From a candidate division WWE3 bacterium RAAC2_WWE3_1 (lineage in GTDB: Bacteria; Patescibacteriota; WWE3; UBA101185; UBA10185): a stretch of DNA of 64,000 bases. Shown here piece by piece: positions 7,349 through 16,225 of the stretch. Below the pieces are notes generated by a model. It was not told the DNA's origin and did no database searches. It was given only the letters and a program-made list of their open reading frames with translations. Made by a program: the position numbers and the translations under genes. The DNA is taken from assembly GCA_000503835.1 (NCBI GenBank), contig CP006914.1, positions 303,341 through 367,340 on the forward strand. Direction: 5' to 3'. Numbering within the stretch: position 1 is the stretch's first letter; each line of letters opens with the position of its first letter.

Positions 7349-8110
7349 ATGCATTCAAAAAACGTTGAGGACGCTGTAACCACAATTAGGTACGAGGAAA
7401 AAGGTTTGCCGCCGGAAGGAGAACCCTCCGTCCCCTGGATTTTAAAAGAACTAGATCCCGGCGCGATAGCAAGCAGGACACTGGTTAAATCCTTTAATTT
7501 AGCCAACGAAGATTTGATACACAATGTTCAAAGACACGAAGCGGAAAGAGGAAGATTATTTTCAGATATTTACGAGCAGATGTTAACGAAACACGGACTT
7601 TCACTCAAAGATTCAAAAGTTTTAGAAGTAGGGGCAGGCCCCGGAGCTGTGTGTTTAGGTTTTCAGGAAGTAGGCGCTAAAGTCGTTAGTTTAGACATTT
7701 GGGACGGTAGGGTTTTTTACAATGACGAGGTTCCTTTTGTAATCGGAGACGGTACCGCTTTACCATTTACCGACAATAGTTTTAATTACCTCTCTTTGAC
7801 TTCGGTGTTACACCACCTACCAATAGAGTATAGAAAAACAATGCTGGAAGAAGCACTAAGGGTTGCGGACACAGTACTTATTCAGGAAGATTGTCTCACA
7901 AGCCCTATTACCAATATTGCTATGAAATTAGTAGACGACGGGGTAAGCGGAGAAGTAGGTACGCATCAAGCTGAATCTCACATGACAAAGGAAGGCTGGC
8001 TTAAATATTTCGAAGATGCAGACTTAAAAGTGTTAGAGACCGTAGACTATCATCCCAAATGGTTGGGTGTGGGTATTGAAAAGGCATTTTTCGTAATATC
8101 CCGCTCTTGA
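7349..8110 (+). CDS. Class I SAM-dependent methyltransferase (Methyltransf_11-like)
   Basis: VLEVGAGPG, GDGTALPF.DNSF, VLHH. Confidence 0.88.
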   Translation: MHSKNVEDAVTTIRYEEKGLPPEGEPSVPWILKELDPGAIASRTLVKSFNLANEDLIHNVQRHEAERGRLFSDIYEQMLTKHGLSLKDSKVLEVGAGPGAVCLGFQEVGAKVVSLDIWDGRVFYNDEVPFVIGDGTALPFTDNSFNYLSLTSVLHHLPIEYRKTMLEEALRVADTVLIQEDCLTSPITNIAMKLVDDGVSGEVGTHQAESHMTKEGWLKYFEDADLKVLETVDYHPKWLGVGIEKAFFVISRS

Positions 8111-8119
8111 ATTCTCCGC

Positions 8120-8265
8120 AATGTTGCGCTTAATCCGAAAATACCGGAACGTAGCTTTAACCTCTTTAAGAATTTTGTAAAAGAAAAAGCACGATGTTGG
8201 TAGGGGAGGATGCGATGGAGGGGAAGGTGGGGGTTTTGAGGGGGTTGCTTACACCTGAAGGTTGA
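8120..8265 (+). pseudogene. Remnant of a homologous patatin gene 3' end
   Basis: Encodes NVALNPKIPERSFNLFKNFVKEK then, after a frameshift, MLVGEDAMEGKVGVLRGLL; matches the C-terminus of 3163-3981. Confidence 0.85.
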
Positions 8266-8267
8266 GT

Positions 8268-8282
8268 GGGGGGGGGGGGGGG
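8268..8282 (+). repeat. G15 homopolymer
   Basis: 15 consecutive G; absent from the left repeat copy. Confidence 0.9.
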
Positions 8283-8350
8283 AGTAGAGAGCGTTTAGTG
8301 CTGATTTGAGCTGCTTCAGGTGCTATAATTTCTTGTGTTTATCCGACTAG

Positions 8351-8425
8351 TGGGGGATTGTCTAAAGCGTTAGGGCTGCGGGTTTTGGTCCCGCCTATTG
8401 GGGTTCGAATCCCTATCCCTAGCCA
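8351..8425 (+). pseudogene. Degenerate tRNA-Gln(UUG) copy
   Basis: Anticodon and T arms identical to 4065-4138; D-loop lacks GG; acceptor 3' strand is TCCCTA (one nt short). Confidence 0.85.
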
Positions 8426-8493
8426 TTTATCAATTTCCTTTAATAGGGCTTGTAATTTGCCGTTACTATATATATATTTCCTTATTGGTAAGT

Positions 8494-8967
8494 ATGCAAT
8501 CTCAAATTCTTGAAAAACTAAAAAAGGAGCTTGGTAAAGATATCGAAAACGAATCACAAGTGGTATATATCCTTTCGCTGATAAGAAAGCTTCTGGAGAT
8601 TGAAAAACTTAAATCTCGGTATCCTATTTTGAATTTCTATTGTAATTGGACGCTTCACTCTGAGATGACTGATACTGAAGGCAAGTTTGTAAATAATATG
8701 CTAAGAAAATTCATCGAAAAACCAGAAGAAAAGTATAAATTAAGTTTTCATCTTCAGTTCTTGGAACAATTCAAGACGTTCTTAACTAAGAAAAATATCA
8801 CTATACCCACAAAAGACAATTTAGAGAAGTTTAGATATCAGCTTCAAAAGATAATATCTAATACTCCGATATTTGTTAAGACGGGTACCAAATATAAAGT
8901 GGAATTTAATGAACCGCAAAATAAAGGTGAAAGCGGGTTATACATTACAACCATTATTGATCCTTAA
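8494..8967 (+). CDS. Hypothetical protein (AT-rich orphan)
   Basis: ORF from ATG 8494; the upstream extension overlaps the pseudo-tRNA. Confidence 0.7.
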   Translation: MQSQILEKLKKELGKDIENESQVVYILSLIRKLLEIEKLKSRYPILNFYCNWTLHSEMTDTEGKFVNNMLRKFIEKPEEKYKLSFHLQFLEQFKTFLTKKNITIPTKDNLEKFRYQLQKIISNTPIFVKTGTKYKVEFNEPQNKGESGLYITTIIDP

Positions 8968-9111
8968 CGGTGTTATAGGGATAAGAAGGCCCGTAATCGC
9001 ACGATGCATCACATAAAAATCACTGTCGGGATCGATCGCAGGAGAGGTGGGACCTATAATCAGTGCCCTCGCTAAATTGAACATCTTCCTCAACTCTGTT
9101 AAATTAAAGGT

Positions 9112-9660
9112 ATGAAAACACCAACCATGGATCTTATAGAAGAGCACGGCGGAATTATGCTGATGCTAAGTGTTATGAAAAAAGTGACTGATAAACTTAA
9201 GGCCGGGGAAGAGGTGAAAAAAGAACACCTCGACAAGATTCTCGAGTTTCTCACAAATTTTGCCGACAAATGTCACCACGGAAAAGAGGAGGACATGCTT
9301 TTCCCGGAGTTATTTAAGAATCCATCAAATCAAGGGTTGGTCGCCGAGCTTATAGACGAGCACACGACCGCTCGTGGTTACATAAAGAGCATAGCAAAGG
9401 CTATGGAAAACTACTCACCCGGAAACTCTGAGGCCTCAACTATCGCCGAAAATATGGAAAAATATATTCAGCTTTTAACCGAGCACATTGGAAAAGAAAA
9501 TAGTGATTTATTTCCCACTGCAAACAACGAGCTTTCTGAAGAAACGCAGGAACAAATGGAGGAACAGTTCGAAAAGTTTGAACACGATGTTATTGGCGAG
9601 GGAAAGCATGAAGAGTACCACGGATGGCTTGAGGAACTGAAAAAAGTGTATTTGAACTAA
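9112..9660 (+). CDS. Hemerythrin HHE domain protein
   Basis: EEH, HHGKEE..LFP, DEH, EHIGKE..LFP. Confidence 0.9.
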   Translation: MKTPTMDLIEEHGGIMLMLSVMKKVTDKLKAGEEVKKEHLDKILEFLTNFADKCHHGKEEDMLFPELFKNPSNQGLVAELIDEHTTARGYIKSIAKAMENYSPGNSEASTIAENMEKYIQLLTEHIGKENSDLFPTANNELSEETQEQMEEQFEKFEHDVIGEGKHEEYHGWLEELKKVYLN

Positions 9661-9671
9661 TAGAGACTAAA

Positions 9672-10412
9672 TTACCTACAGGTCCAACCACCGTCGACCG
9701 GTAATATTATCCCCGTAACATATTTAGCCGCGTCTGAAGCAAGATAAACCGCTGCACCTGCAATATCATCCGGCTCTCCTGCGTATCCTAATGGTGTGTT
9801 TGCCTTAACCATGGCGTTGAAACCTTCATCTTCCAAAACGTCTTTGGTCATATTTGTCTTGATAAAGCCCGGTGCTATTGCGTTAACTCTTATACTTAGT
9901 GAAGCTAAATCCTGTGCAGCAGCACGGGTCATGTTGGACACCCCACCTTTGGCAGAACTGTACGCAATAGTTCCAGATAACCCGACAATTCCCAGTATCG
10001 ACGTCATATTTATGATGGAGCCTTTGGTATTTGTGGCTTTCATCGCGTTTCCGGCGGCTCTAACCCCGTAAAACACTCCCGACAAGTTCACGGCGATAAC
10101 TTTAGCCCAGTCCGCGTCAGTACAATCCAGTGCACTGCCGAGAGCACCGATACCGGCGTTATTTACCATAATGTCTAGTTTTCCGTACTTTTCTACAACC
10201 GTCCCTACTAATTGATTTACTTCTTCTGATTTGGAAACATCACATTTTGTAAATGAGGCTTTATCACCTAATCCTTCGATAACTTTTGCTCCCGCATCGT
10301 TTATGTCTGAGAAAACTACTGTCGCGCCTTCCTGAAGATAAAGTTTAGCTATTGCCAAACCAATTCCGCTGGACGCACCTGTTACTATTGCGATTTTATT
10401 TTGAAGTTTCAT
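9672..10412 (-). CDS. Short-chain dehydrogenase/reductase (FabG/glucose dehydrogenase-like)
   Basis: TGASSGIG, NNAG, YSSAK, VDGG. Confidence 0.92.
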   Translation of the reverse strand: MKLQNKIAIVTGASSGIGLAIAKLYLQEGATVVFSDINDAGAKVIEGLGDKASFTKCDVSKSEEVNQLVGTVVEKYGKLDIMVNNAGIGALGSALDCTDADWAKVIAVNLSGVFYGVRAAGNAMKATNTKGSIINMTSILGIVGLSGTIAYSSAKGGVSNMTRAAAQDLASLSIRVNAIAPGFIKTNMTKDVLEDEGFNAMVKANTPLGYAGEPDDIAGAAVYLASDAAKYVTGIILPVDGGWTCR

Positions 10413-10446
10413 AGATACAAATGATAACACATAAAAATGAGCAGGA

Positions 10447-10475
10447 TTGACGATTTCCCTAATAATGCCTAGACT
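10447..10475 (+). promoter_or_regulatory. Sigma70 promoter of the ACD-OFOR operon (leaderless)
   Basis: TTGACG-17 nt-TAGACT-6 nt-ATG. Confidence 0.7.
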
Positions 10476-10481
10476 AAACTA

Positions 10482-13349
10482 ATGCCCAAGAACCTCGTTG
10501 CCCTTTTTTCACCAAAATCAATCGTTGTCATTGGGGCTTCCACATCGCCCGAAAAGGTAGGCGCGGTAATTTTAAAAAACATTGTTGAATCGGAATATAA
10601 AGGCAAAGTTTTCGCGGTTAATCCCAACACAGACGCGATAGGCCAAATAAAATGCTATAAAACCGTTTTAGATCTCCCGGAAATTCCCGATTTAGCAATA
10701 ATTTCTATTCCCGCTGCTTTAGTTCTGCCCACAATACAACAAATCATTGAAAAGGGCATTAAGAACGTGGTGACGCTGACAGCCGGGTTTAAAGAAACCG
10801 GTCACGATGGAGCGGAGCTCGAAAAACAGCTGGAGGATTTATGCACGAAGAACGAAATTAATATGCTCGGACCTAACTGTCTGGGGTTTGTTAATAATCT
10901 AGTCTCTCTTAACGCTACGTTCGCAAAAGTTCCCGCGACCCCCGGTAAATTAAGATTTATTTCACAGTCGGGTGCCCTTGCCACAAGTCTTTTCGATTGG
11001 TTTTCTTTAGTTAACGTGGGGTTTTCCGAATTTATTACAATGGGAAACAAAACAGTAATAAATGAGAACGATGTTTTGGAATATTTTATAAGCAAAGACC
11101 AGGCTCCGATTTCAACTTTGGCCGACGACGTAACGGGAAAAATCGAACCGGTCGGAATGTATCTTGAATCTATTTCCGACGGCCGGCAATTTTTAAAATT
11201 AACAAAACAAATTGCCAAGAACGATCCTATTTTTATTATTAAACCCGGAAAAACTGCGGCGGCAAAAACTGCAATGCAGTCGCACACCGGAGCAATAGCA
11301 GGAGCCGACGATATTTTGGACGTCGCACTCAAACAGTCGGGAGTTTACAGATGTGCTTCTCTCGAAGAATTTTTCGACCTTTCTAAAGCATTTGCCTGGA
11401 ATGAAATTCCCAAAGGTCCTAGAGTTGCCATTATTTCTAACGCCGGAGGTCCGGGAGTAATAAGTGCGGATGCCGTAATAGAAGAAGGTTTGGAAATCGC
11501 TCAGTTCGACGACGAAACAAAAAAGAAATTATCAGAAGTATTACCGAGATCGGCAAGCTTTCTAGACCCGGTAGACGTTCTCGGAGACGCCCTCGCAGAC
11601 CGCTTTTCTGACGCTGCTGAAATTGTCCTTCAAACCGACAAATGTGACTCCCTGCTGGTTATTCTGACACCCCAAATGATGACCCAGATAGAAAAGACGG
11701 CCGAAGTAATTGGTGAGGTTTCAAAAAAGTACCATATCCCCGTCTTCTGTTCCTTCATAGGAGGAAGCGTGGTATCGGCAGGAGAAACAGCGCTTAACAA
11801 CCTCAAAGTGCCGTCCTACATGTTTCCTGAAAGAGCGATAGCGGTCATCGGAGCAATGTGGAAATTCAAGAGTCAGCAGGAAGAAATTTTGAGGGAAATT
11901 GTGGACAAAGGCGTCCTTAACAAACAAATACTCCCTGAGAAGTGCTCCAAAATTTTACAGAAGGCCGTAAGCGCGGGACAGAAAGCTTTAGACAATCTTG
12001 ATGCAGACAGCATAATTTCCCTTTCGGGAATACAAACTCCGGGAACAAAGATTGCGGTAAATCTCAAAGACGCGGCTAAATTTGCAAAAGATATCGGGTA
12101 CCCTGTTGTTTTAAAACTTTCATCGCCCGGGCTTTTACACAAAAAACATTTCGGCGGAGTTATTTTAGATATAAGAAACGAGGATCAACTTGAAAACGGT
12201 TGGAGCACTCTTGAAAGAAAATCCGAAAATCTCGACGCGGAGATAAAAGCGCACGTCAATTTTCAGATCCAAAAAGAAATTCCGAGCGGGGCAGAAGTTT
12301 TTGTGGGAATTAAAAGAGATCCCACATTCGGACCGGTATTATTGTTCGGCGCCGGAGGTTCGCTGGTAGAACTTATATCTGATAGAAACCTTCATCTTCT
12401 TCCTATGGACACGATAAGCATTCAGGAATTAGTTAAAGATTCCAAAATTTACTCTGTTCTTAAAGGTACAGAAAATGAGCCTCCTTACGCATTAGACAAG
12501 CTTTATAAACTGATATTCGACCTGCAAAAGCTATATGAAGCAGCACAGGAAATCCAGGAAATAGAAATAAATCCCGTGATAGTAACCACAAACGATGTCT
12601 GGGCGGTAGATACAAAAGTAATCTTAGAAGCAGGCAAAGCTAAACCCGCAGGCCCGAAGTTCAAAGTTGCTAAAACCTTGAAAACAGAGGTACTAGCTGG
12701 AAAGATTCACTATTTTGAATTCGAAGCGGACGAACCTCTGATATTAAAGCCCGGGCAGTATATAAGCGTAAAGGTGTCCTCAACGAGAATTAACTGTTAT
12801 TCTGTGGCCGGACAGACCGCTCCAAATAAATTTAATCTTCTTGTCGATTCATCCCCCGGAGGGCCCGGCTCAAAATTCTTCGAGGCTTTAAAAGAAGGGG
12901 ATGTGATTACATATCTCGGACCTTTCGGTACGTTCACATTAAAACCCGATGATGGAGCAGATTCAATATTATTTATGGCAACAGGTTCGGGTTTGGCTCC
13001 ACTAAAATTAATGTTTGAACATCTACTCAAAGTAGAAAAGACGAAAAAGAACATCGTGCTGTACCTGGGATTAAATAATTGCGAGGACGTGTTTATGGAA
13101 GAGTACTTTGAATCGCTATCCAAAGAATTTCCGAATTTTAAATATAATATCGCTGTGTGCAACAAGAGCACCAAATGGAAAGGCGCGACGGGATTTATTA
13201 CTCCTTTGGTGAAAAAAGACTTCCCCGATGCAGGCAAATGTTCCGCATATCTCTGCGGAAATAAGTTTATGATAAAAGATGTTGCAAAAGTTCTGACCGA
13301 TGCCGGGTGCCCGACTGACAGAATTTATTTCGAAAAATATGATGCCTAA
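10482..13349 (+). CDS. ADP-forming acetyl-CoA synthetase (alpha+beta) fused to a C-terminal FNR-like FAD/NAD(P)-binding domain
   Basis: CoA-binding VIGAS, GPNCLG, SQSGA, SHTGA (phospho-His), NAGG, ATP-grasp GYPVVLK/DPTFGP/EINP; then PGQY, GPFG, ATGSGLAP, YLCG, FEKY. Confidence 0.92.
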   Translation: MPKNLVALFSPKSIVVIGASTSPEKVGAVILKNIVESEYKGKVFAVNPNTDAIGQIKCYKTVLDLPEIPDLAIISIPAALVLPTIQQIIEKGIKNVVTLTAGFKETGHDGAELEKQLEDLCTKNEINMLGPNCLGFVNNLVSLNATFAKVPATPGKLRFISQSGALATSLFDWFSLVNVGFSEFITMGNKTVINENDVLEYFISKDQAPISTLADDVTGKIEPVGMYLESISDGRQFLKLTKQIAKNDPIFIIKPGKTAAAKTAMQSHTGAIAGADDILDVALKQSGVYRCASLEEFFDLSKAFAWNEIPKGPRVAIISNAGGPGVISADAVIEEGLEIAQFDDETKKKLSEVLPRSASFLDPVDVLGDALADRFSDAAEIVLQTDKCDSLLVILTPQMMTQIEKTAEVIGEVSKKYHIPVFCSFIGGSVVSAGETALNNLKVPSYMFPERAIAVIGAMWKFKSQQEEILREIVDKGVLNKQILPEKCSKILQKAVSAGQKALDNLDADSIISLSGIQTPGTKIAVNLKDAAKFAKDIGYPVVLKLSSPGLLHKKHFGGVILDIRNEDQLENGWSTLERKSENLDAEIKAHVNFQIQKEIPSGAEVFVGIKRDPTFGPVLLFGAGGSLVELISDRNLHLLPMDTISIQELVKDSKIYSVLKGTENEPPYALDKLYKLIFDLQKLYEAAQEIQEIEINPVIVTTNDVWAVDTKVILEAGKAKPAGPKFKVAKTLKTEVLAGKIHYFEFEADEPLILKPGQYISVKVSSTRINCYSVAGQTAPNKFNLLVDSSPGGPGSKFFEALKEGDVITYLGPFGTFTLKPDDGADSILFMATGSGLAPLKLMFEHLLKVEKTKKNIVLYLGLNNCEDVFMEEYFESLSKEFPNFKYNIAVCNKSTKWKGATGFITPLVKKDFPDAGKCSAYLCGNKFMIKDVAKVLTDAGCPTDRIYFEKYDA

Positions 13350-15087
13350 AGTAGATAACAGACAGGAAATATTATCGGTAAAAATAGGCGCGGAGGCAGG
13401 GCAGGGCGTCAAATCGGCCGGTCTGATGCTCGCTAAACTCGCTATACGCTCGGGATACCATATCTATAGTCAAATTGAATACCCCTCACTTATAAAGGGA
13501 GGACACAATGTTATTCAGGTAAATATTTCCAAAAATGAAGTTACGGCACCAAGAAAAGTTAACGACATTCTCATAGCTCTTAATCAGGACACCATAAACA
13601 AGCACATTACGGAATTCTCGAAAGATTCAGGATTAATTTTTGATTCTGAAGTTAAGGTAGATACTTCGAAAGTTCCTTCAAACGTCGCTCTAATTGGGCT
13701 GCCCCTATCAAAAATCTCCAGGGAAACGGGGAACTCCGCTTTGTTAATTAACACCGTCGCTTTGGGAGCCGTCACCGCAGTTCTCGGCGGAAATATTGTT
13801 ATTTTGAACGAATTAATAGCGGAAGAATTCGGAAGTAAGGGCGAGGAAATAGTAAAAGTAAATGTGTCGGCGGCAGAGCAAGGGTTTAAACACATCACGG
13901 AAAATTACAAAAAGTATTTAAGGGCGTTTCTGAGTCCTTCTGATTCGGTCAGTAATTTTGTTCCTTACATGGCTGTCGACGGAAATGAAAGTGTCGCATT
14001 GGGAGCAATCTCAGCCGGGCTTCAGTTCGCGGCGATCTACCCAATGTCTCCTATTTCAAACATTTTGGCAGTACTTGCCGAAAACCAGGAAAAGTTCGGA
14101 TACATATATAAACAGCCCGAGGACGAAATTTCAGCAATAAACATGTCTATTGGGGCATCCTACGCCGGAGCAAGAGCTATGACAGCTACCTCAGGCGGTG
14201 GTTTCTCTCTAATGACCGAAGGTTACGGTCTGGCAGGAATGACCGAAACACCGCTGGTGATAGTAGAAGGCATGCGCCCGGGACCGGCCACCGGACTTCC
14301 GACCTGGAGCGACCAGGGTGACCTGCAGATGATCTTAAATGCCCACCAGGGCGATTTTCCAAGAATAATCCTCGCCGCAGGAGATGCGAAAGAGGCATTT
14401 GAACTTACCATGCAGGCCTTTAACCTGGCCGATAAATACCAGACACCCGTCGTCCTTATTATTGATAAAAACATCTGCGAAAACGCTCAAAGTTTCCCTT
14501 TGTACGATCTTGCCGGCTATAAGGTAGACCGCGGCAAATTCTCAACAAATAGAGTAGAGAATTACAAAAGATACGAACTTAACCCCGAAGGCATTTCGCA
14601 AAGAACTGTTCCGGGCGCCGGAAACTTTTTTGTCGCAAATTCCGACGAACACGACGAGGAAGGTTACTCGACGGAAGATGCAGAAATCAGAAGCAAAATG
14701 ATGGAAAAAAGAATGAACAAACTGAAAATCTGCAAAGAACAGGACATGCAAAAACCTCAAATGTTTGGTCCGGAAAATGCTGACGTAACCATTGTTTCGT
14801 GGGGAAGCAATAAAGGAACAATACTTCAGGCATTAAAAGAACTCGACAATGTTAACTACGTGCACATAAGCTGGCTCAGCCCATTCCCGTCAGAAACTTT
14901 ATCGGAAATGTTATCGAAATCTAAATATATTTTAAATGTTGAATGTAATTACACCGGGCAGATGGCAAAACTAATACGCGAAAATACTCAAATAAAAATT
15001 GACGAAAACTTTTTAAAGTACGACGGAAGACAAATTTACCCGGAAGAAATTATCGACGCCGTTAACAAGATAAGGAGTAAAAAATGA
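13339..15087 (+). CDS. korA: 2-oxoacid:ferredoxin oxidoreductase alpha subunit (gamma-alpha fused)
   Basis: GAEAGQG, YPMSP, EDEI, TATSGGG, RPGPATGLPT. Confidence 0.93.
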   Translation: MMPKVDNRQEILSVKIGAEAGQGVKSAGLMLAKLAIRSGYHIYSQIEYPSLIKGGHNVIQVNISKNEVTAPRKVNDILIALNQDTINKHITEFSKDSGLIFDSEVKVDTSKVPSNVALIGLPLSKISRETGNSALLINTVALGAVTAVLGGNIVILNELIAEEFGSKGEEIVKVNVSAAEQGFKHITENYKKYLRAFLSPSDSVSNFVPYMAVDGNESVALGAISAGLQFAAIYPMSPISNILAVLAENQEKFGYIYKQPEDEISAINMSIGASYAGARAMTATSGGGFSLMTEGYGLAGMTETPLVIVEGMRPGPATGLPTWSDQGDLQMILNAHQGDFPRIILAAGDAKEAFELTMQAFNLADKYQTPVVLIIDKNICENAQSFPLYDLAGYKVDRGKFSTNRVENYKRYELNPEGISQRTVPGAGNFFVANSDEHDEEGYSTEDAEIRSKMMEKRMNKLKICKEQDMQKPQMFGPENADVTIVSWGSNKGTILQALKELDNVNYVHISWLSPFPSETLSEMLSKSKYILNVECNYTGQMAKLIRENTQIKIDENFLKYDGRQIYPEEIIDAVNKIRSKK

Positions 15088-15941
15088 CAAAAATGAGTGA
15101 TTTACAAACACTGCACTTTCCGAACTGGTGTCCCGGTTGCGGCGATCTGAATATTTGGGGTGCTTTCAAAAACGCGGCAGTTAAGGAAGGGTGGGACAGT
15201 TCCAATACCTCCATTGTTGCCGGAATCGGTTGTCACGGCCACATCGTTAACTTCGTTAAACTAAACTCATTTGAAGGCCTGCATGGAAGGGCTCTGCCCG
15301 TAGCGAGCGGAGTTAAAATGGTCAACAACCGTCTTAACACTTTTGTTTTTACAGGAGACGGGGATTGTTTCGGAGAGGGGGGAAATCATTTTATTCATAC
15401 CTGCAGAAGAAATCACGATCTTACGATTCTGATACACGACAACGCGTTATATTCTTTGACGACGGGGCAAACATCGCCTTTAACAGCTCACGGGTTTAAA
15501 ACAAAATCGACGCCGCAGGGAAATCCGGACGAGCCGTTCAACCCGTTAACATTGGCAATAATTTCAGGAGCTACGTTTGTGGCTCGCGCATATTCGGGGG
15601 ATATGCCGAAATTAGCAGAATTAATTATTGAGGCGAATAAACACAAGGGACTTGCGGTGATTGATATTCTTCAACCCTGCGTAACGTTCAATAAAGTTTG
15701 CACACACGGGTTCTATCAGGAAAACACGTACTACCTTGAAGAAAATTACGACCCTTCGGACAAAAATAAAGCTTTAGAGAGAGCCTCGGAGTTCGGTGAC
15801 AAAAAAATACCGCTCGGAATATTTTATAAAACGAACAGACCTTCTTATGAAGATCAAATCTTGCAAATCAAAGAAAAACCTCTGACAGAAATACCCGTGG
15901 AAAGATCCTCAGCGATAGAACTTTTCAAAAAATATACCTAA
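15084..15941 (+). CDS. korB: 2-oxoacid:ferredoxin oxidoreductase beta subunit
   Basis: WCPGCG, GIGC, LHGR, GDGD TPP motif, TGQTSP, QPC. Confidence 0.93.
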   Translation: MTKMSDLQTLHFPNWCPGCGDLNIWGAFKNAAVKEGWDSSNTSIVAGIGCHGHIVNFVKLNSFEGLHGRALPVASGVKMVNNRLNTFVFTGDGDCFGEGGNHFIHTCRRNHDLTILIHDNALYSLTTGQTSPLTAHGFKTKSTPQGNPDEPFNPLTLAIISGATFVARAYSGDMPKLAELIIEANKHKGLAVIDILQPCVTFNKVCTHGFYQENTYYLEENYDPSDKNKALERASEFGDKKIPLGIFYKTNRPSYEDQILQIKEKPLTEIPVERSSAIELFKKYT

Positions 15942-15979
15942 TAGTTGCCTAACCGCGAAAAATTCTTTACCATAATCTA

Positions 15980-16225
15980 ATGGAAGATAAAGAAATTCAA
16001 ATAGGAAAATATAAGGTAAAGGTAATAAGAAAGGACTGCATTGGCGCAGCCTCCTGTGTTGCGGTTTCTTCGTCTGTATTTAAGTTGGACGGAGAAAATA
16101 AAGCTGTATTTGTGGATGGGGCGGCTGACGATGCGGACAACATACTGATGGCTGCACAATCCTGCCCTACCAAAGCTATTGTCGTTACAGATACCGAAAG
16201 TGGTAAGCAGGTTTGGCCTGAATAA
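15980..16225 (+). CDS. Single-cluster ferredoxin, probably [3Fe-4S]
   Basis: CIGAASC...CP (CxxAxxC...CP). Confidence 0.88.
   Translation: MEDKEIQIGKYKVKVIRKDCIGAASCVAVSSSVFKLDGENKAVFVDGAADDADNILMAAQSCPTKAIVVTDTESGKQVWPE

Noticed and set aside
8938-9147. 69-aa minus-strand ORF between 8967 and the hemerythrin gene
   Set aside because: It overlaps both neighbours and has no recognisable motif; possibly debris but unsupported.
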